Source of the DNA: an uncultured bacterium
GTDB lineage: Bacteria > Margulisbacteria > WOR-1 > CAVSGV01
DNA: 32,000 nucleotides
Assembly (NCBI GenBank): GCA_963699255.1
Contig: OY969425.1
Span: 540,001 to 572,000 of the forward strand
Direction of reading: 5' to 3'
In this document: piece after piece, positions 28,901-32,000 of the stretch
Numbering within the stretch: the first letter of the stretch is position 1
How the letters are laid out: each line of letters begins with the position of its first letter
The notes under the pieces: generated by a model
What the model was told of the DNA's origin: nothing
The model's database searches: none
The model's input: only the letters and a program-made list of their open reading frames with translations
Made by a program: the position numbers and the translations under genes

Positions 28901-31900
28901 GCCGGTCTCCCACGAAATGTTACAGTGATAACCGTAAGTAAGGTCATAGGCGCCGCTGACCACAGGATTGATAGGCGGTAAAGCCAGGGTATATACTGAA
29001 CAGCTGTTCGACTCACTGCTCCCGATGGTATTATACGCGTTCACTTCCCGGGTACATAGAGTATTCGCTGTCAGGCCGGTCTCAAGGGTGGTCGTTATAT
29101 TTGCCGCAACCGGGATCACTTTACTGTACGCGAGATAATGCAATTTATAGCCATCCTCATCCACAAGATCATTCCATGACCATAAGATGGATGAAGTTGA
29201 TTCGGCTGTCCCGATCAAGCCTGTAACCGGGACCGGAGAATTGAGGGTCGGCTGCGCATACCCGGAATAATGGTAGCCCATATCAACTCGGTAGGCATCG
29301 CCGTGGACCTCGTCCGAGTTGGTCCCATAACCCTGGCCAGGCACCCATCCAAGCCCGATGGCTATGGCATCGCCTGTTCCGGAATCGACGCATTCCGAGG
29401 TCGGGAGAAGATATAAGTCACCATTAGGGCCGCTTGCGAACAGCGGATCCGCAGTGATATTCCCGGTCAATCCAATAAAACCATCCGGGATGCAGGAGTA
29501 GGTTACCTCTGCAGTAGAATTAGCATCATCGGAGATGTTTCCTCCGTTATTGCCGTAAATGATAGAGTTTTTAACGGTTGGAGAGGAGTTGTCCCGGTTA
29601 GAGATACCGCCGCCTGAAACATGCGCGCTATTTGAAGCAAAGGTGCAGTTTTCTAAGGTTGGATTGGAGGTATCATTGTCTATTCCGCCGCCGGTTACCT
29701 CCGCGCTATTTGAAGTAAAGGAGCAGTTTGAAATGGTCATGAAGGATTGGTCGTTACCTATCCCGCCGCCGCTTACTTCCGCGCTGTTTAAAGTAAAGGC
29801 GCAGTTTGAAATGGTCGGGTAGCCACCTTCGTTATATATCCCGCCGCCGTAATTTGACCTGTTTGACTTAAAGGAACAGTTCGATATGGTTGGGGCGAAG
29901 GAGCCATTATATACACCGCCACCCCAAGGAGCGCTATTTGAAGTAAAAACGCAGTTTGAGACAATTGAGTTGGAGCTGGCGTTAACTATGCCGCCGCCGT
30001 AATACAGGGTCACGCTATTTGAAGTAAAGGTGCAGTTTGAGAATCTCTATTGTGGAGGACTCACTATAGATCCCGCCGCCGCCGTATACCGCGCTATTTG
30101 ATTCAAAAGAGCAGTTCAAGACGACCGGAGAGGAGGAGTAGTAGCTGGCTAAACCGCCGGCGTTGTGACCTGCCCTATTTGAAATAAAATCACAGTTTTT
30201 GATGGTTGGAGAGGAATTGTCCAAACCAAGCCCGCCGCCATCTCCGCCGGAGACATAACCATTTTGTATGGTGAAGTTCTCAACGGTGGTGGCAGAACCA
30301 AGCCCCTCTCCGTGCATGCACTGGACGCTGCCTTCTCCGGATATTCTGGTAAGCGAGGGATCGTTGATCTGCGCCCAACTATCGTCGTAGCCTCCCATTA
30401 AATGGACGCCGCTTGAGAGAAAAATTGTGCCCGGAACAGTCAGAGAATATGTCCCCATCTTCACATGTATCTCATCGCCGTAGCGCATGTTCCCATTGCT
30501 CTCGGCTGAGTTAATGGTATTAAAGGCGTCATTCGTAGAGCGGCCGGTATGAGTAAAGTCATTTCCATTGATGCTGTCAACGTACCAGATCGTTGGAACA
30601 GGTATGATGCTGAACTTGCCGCTTTCACCGTACCCGCTGTTGCCGGAGGTATCTACCGCGGTGATCTTTATCTTTGCCTCCGTGGTGGCGATATTAGGAA
30701 CCGTCCAGGCATAGCTTCCACTGTTAGCTATACCCGTGACGATCGCAGTATAGGATGATCCCCCGTCTATTGAGTAAGAGATGCTGATGGGGTTTGTAAT
30801 AAGCCCCTGATCATCGGAAGCTTCCCAGGTAATATCGTAGCTGTACCCCCCGGTCCAGACATCCCCGCCTGCGGGAGAAAAGACCTCAACGGTGGGAGGC
30901 GTGATATCGGTCAGGACCGATTCAGAGCTGGTGTAACCATAATAATGGTATCCCATGTTCACTATCCCATCGTCGCCGTGGAACCTGTCCAGGTTGGTCC
31001 CGTAACCTTGCTGCCATCCAAGACCAAGTATCTGACGCCTCGCCGGTCCCGGTATTAACGCAGGGCGAGTTATTGGGAAGGTGCACATCGCCGGCAGACG
31101 GATTTACTAATTTTGGATCCGCAGTGATATTGCCGGTCATTCCGATGTAGCCGTCAGGAATGCAGGTGTAAGTTACATTTGATGAACCTCCGTTGTCGTA
31201 GATGTTCCCTCCGGTATTTCCATAAACGATCGAATTCAAAATTATCGGAGAGGATGATTCGTTATATATACCACCGCCGCTGCCTGCAATGTTTGAAGTA
31301 AAAGTGCAACCTTCAATGGTCGGAGTGCCATTGTAATCATATATCGCTCCGCCGTTGCTGCCGCCTGCGTTATTTGAAATAAAGGCGCAATTAAAGATAA
31401 ACGGTGAAGGCAAACCATAATTATCATTGTATATAGCGCCGCCGCCGTTCGTGCTTGCGCTATTTGAAATAAAGGCACAGTTTTTGATGATCGGGGTGGC
31501 ACCACTGATCCAGATAGCGCCGCCGACATTGAGCGCCCTATTTGCAATGAAATTGCAATTTGATATGGTTGGCGAAGAGTTATTGTAAAGTATAAGACCA
31601 CCGCCACCGGGGAGAAGGTGTCCATTGTAATATCCATCTCGTATGGTGAAACTTTCAATTGTGGTAGCAGAACCAAGCGAGTTCCCGATCATGCACCGGA
31701 CCTGGCCCTCTCCGGATATTATGGTAAGCGCGGGATCGTTAACTTGATTCCAGCCGTCATCATAGCCGCCCCTCAAATATATGCCGTCATAGAGAGTGAT
31801 GGTTTGTGGTCCGGTCCCCGGTCCACTGTCACTGCTGTACAGATAATATGTCCCCTGCCTCACATGTATCTCATCGCCGTAGCTCATGCCCACATTGTTC

Positions 31901-32000
31901 TCGGCCGCGTTGATGGTCTTGAACGGATGCTCCGCAGAACCGTCCGCGCCAGCCTCGGGAGAGGCAGCGTCTACATACCAATAGGCTGAAGCACGGGAAA
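25922..32000 (-). pseudogene. Giant secreted adhesin-like protein (at least about 2000 aa) with three DUF1565/Pmp-like beta-helix modules, Fn3 and He-PIG-like domains; 5' end beyond the window; broken by frame shifts near 30040-30055 and 31020-31045 (ORFs 25922..30013, 30015..31088, 30922..31893+)
   Basis: Three WYVxxxSG..PFKTINxAExxxGDEIxVxxGTY blocks, dozens of NCxFxSNSAxxxGGGIxN repeats, three GYGTNxDxxHGDxxxVDMGYHYxGY terminators. Manual translation of 31894-32000 stays open in the 30922..31893 frame (SRASAYWYVDAASPEAGADGSAEHPFKTINAAENNVG). Confidence 0.78.

Noticed and set aside
25534-31989. Many 60-120 aa plus-strand ORFs across the surface-protein cluster
   Set aside because: They are shadows of the repeat-rich minus-strand coding frames with low-complexity Ser/Pro/Arg content and no family resemblance.

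Overview
Mostly minus-strand window from a diderm bacterium, probably metagenome-derived; I do not assign a lineage. Left half (1-12.1 kb) is housekeeping: a 3'-truncated PRPP synthetase missing from the ORF track, a small FGE-like protein, a protein made of about nine 32-aa repeats, tRNA-Ala(CGC), pgk, gap, a plus-strand LptC/LptA-like protein, a DUF3006-like protein, rodA, trpE, a half-size TauE/SafE permease, ispD, an M24 aminopeptidase and aroQ. Right half (12.1-32 kb) is a large same-strand cluster of secreted multidomain proteins. Two paralogous architectures alternate: type A has a conserved uncharacterised N-terminal domain and ends in a dockerin-like tail or a FlgD/T9SS-like cap; type B has a cohesin-like N-terminal domain, Fn3-like modules and a conserved C-terminal domain ending in W-x-x-RPKP. 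The cluster begins with a giant, window-truncated protein of Pmp/beta-helix modules. The strongest candidate for something new is this pairing of cohesin-like and dockerin-like modules in a non-cellulosomal surface-protein cluster. At least four frame breaks occur inside these secreted genes, against none that I detected in the housekeeping genes. Structured dispersed repeats are also present, including a 70-bp repeat with a compensatory base-pair change that forms the 5' coding region of one secreted gene. All family calls are by eye; no database search was run.
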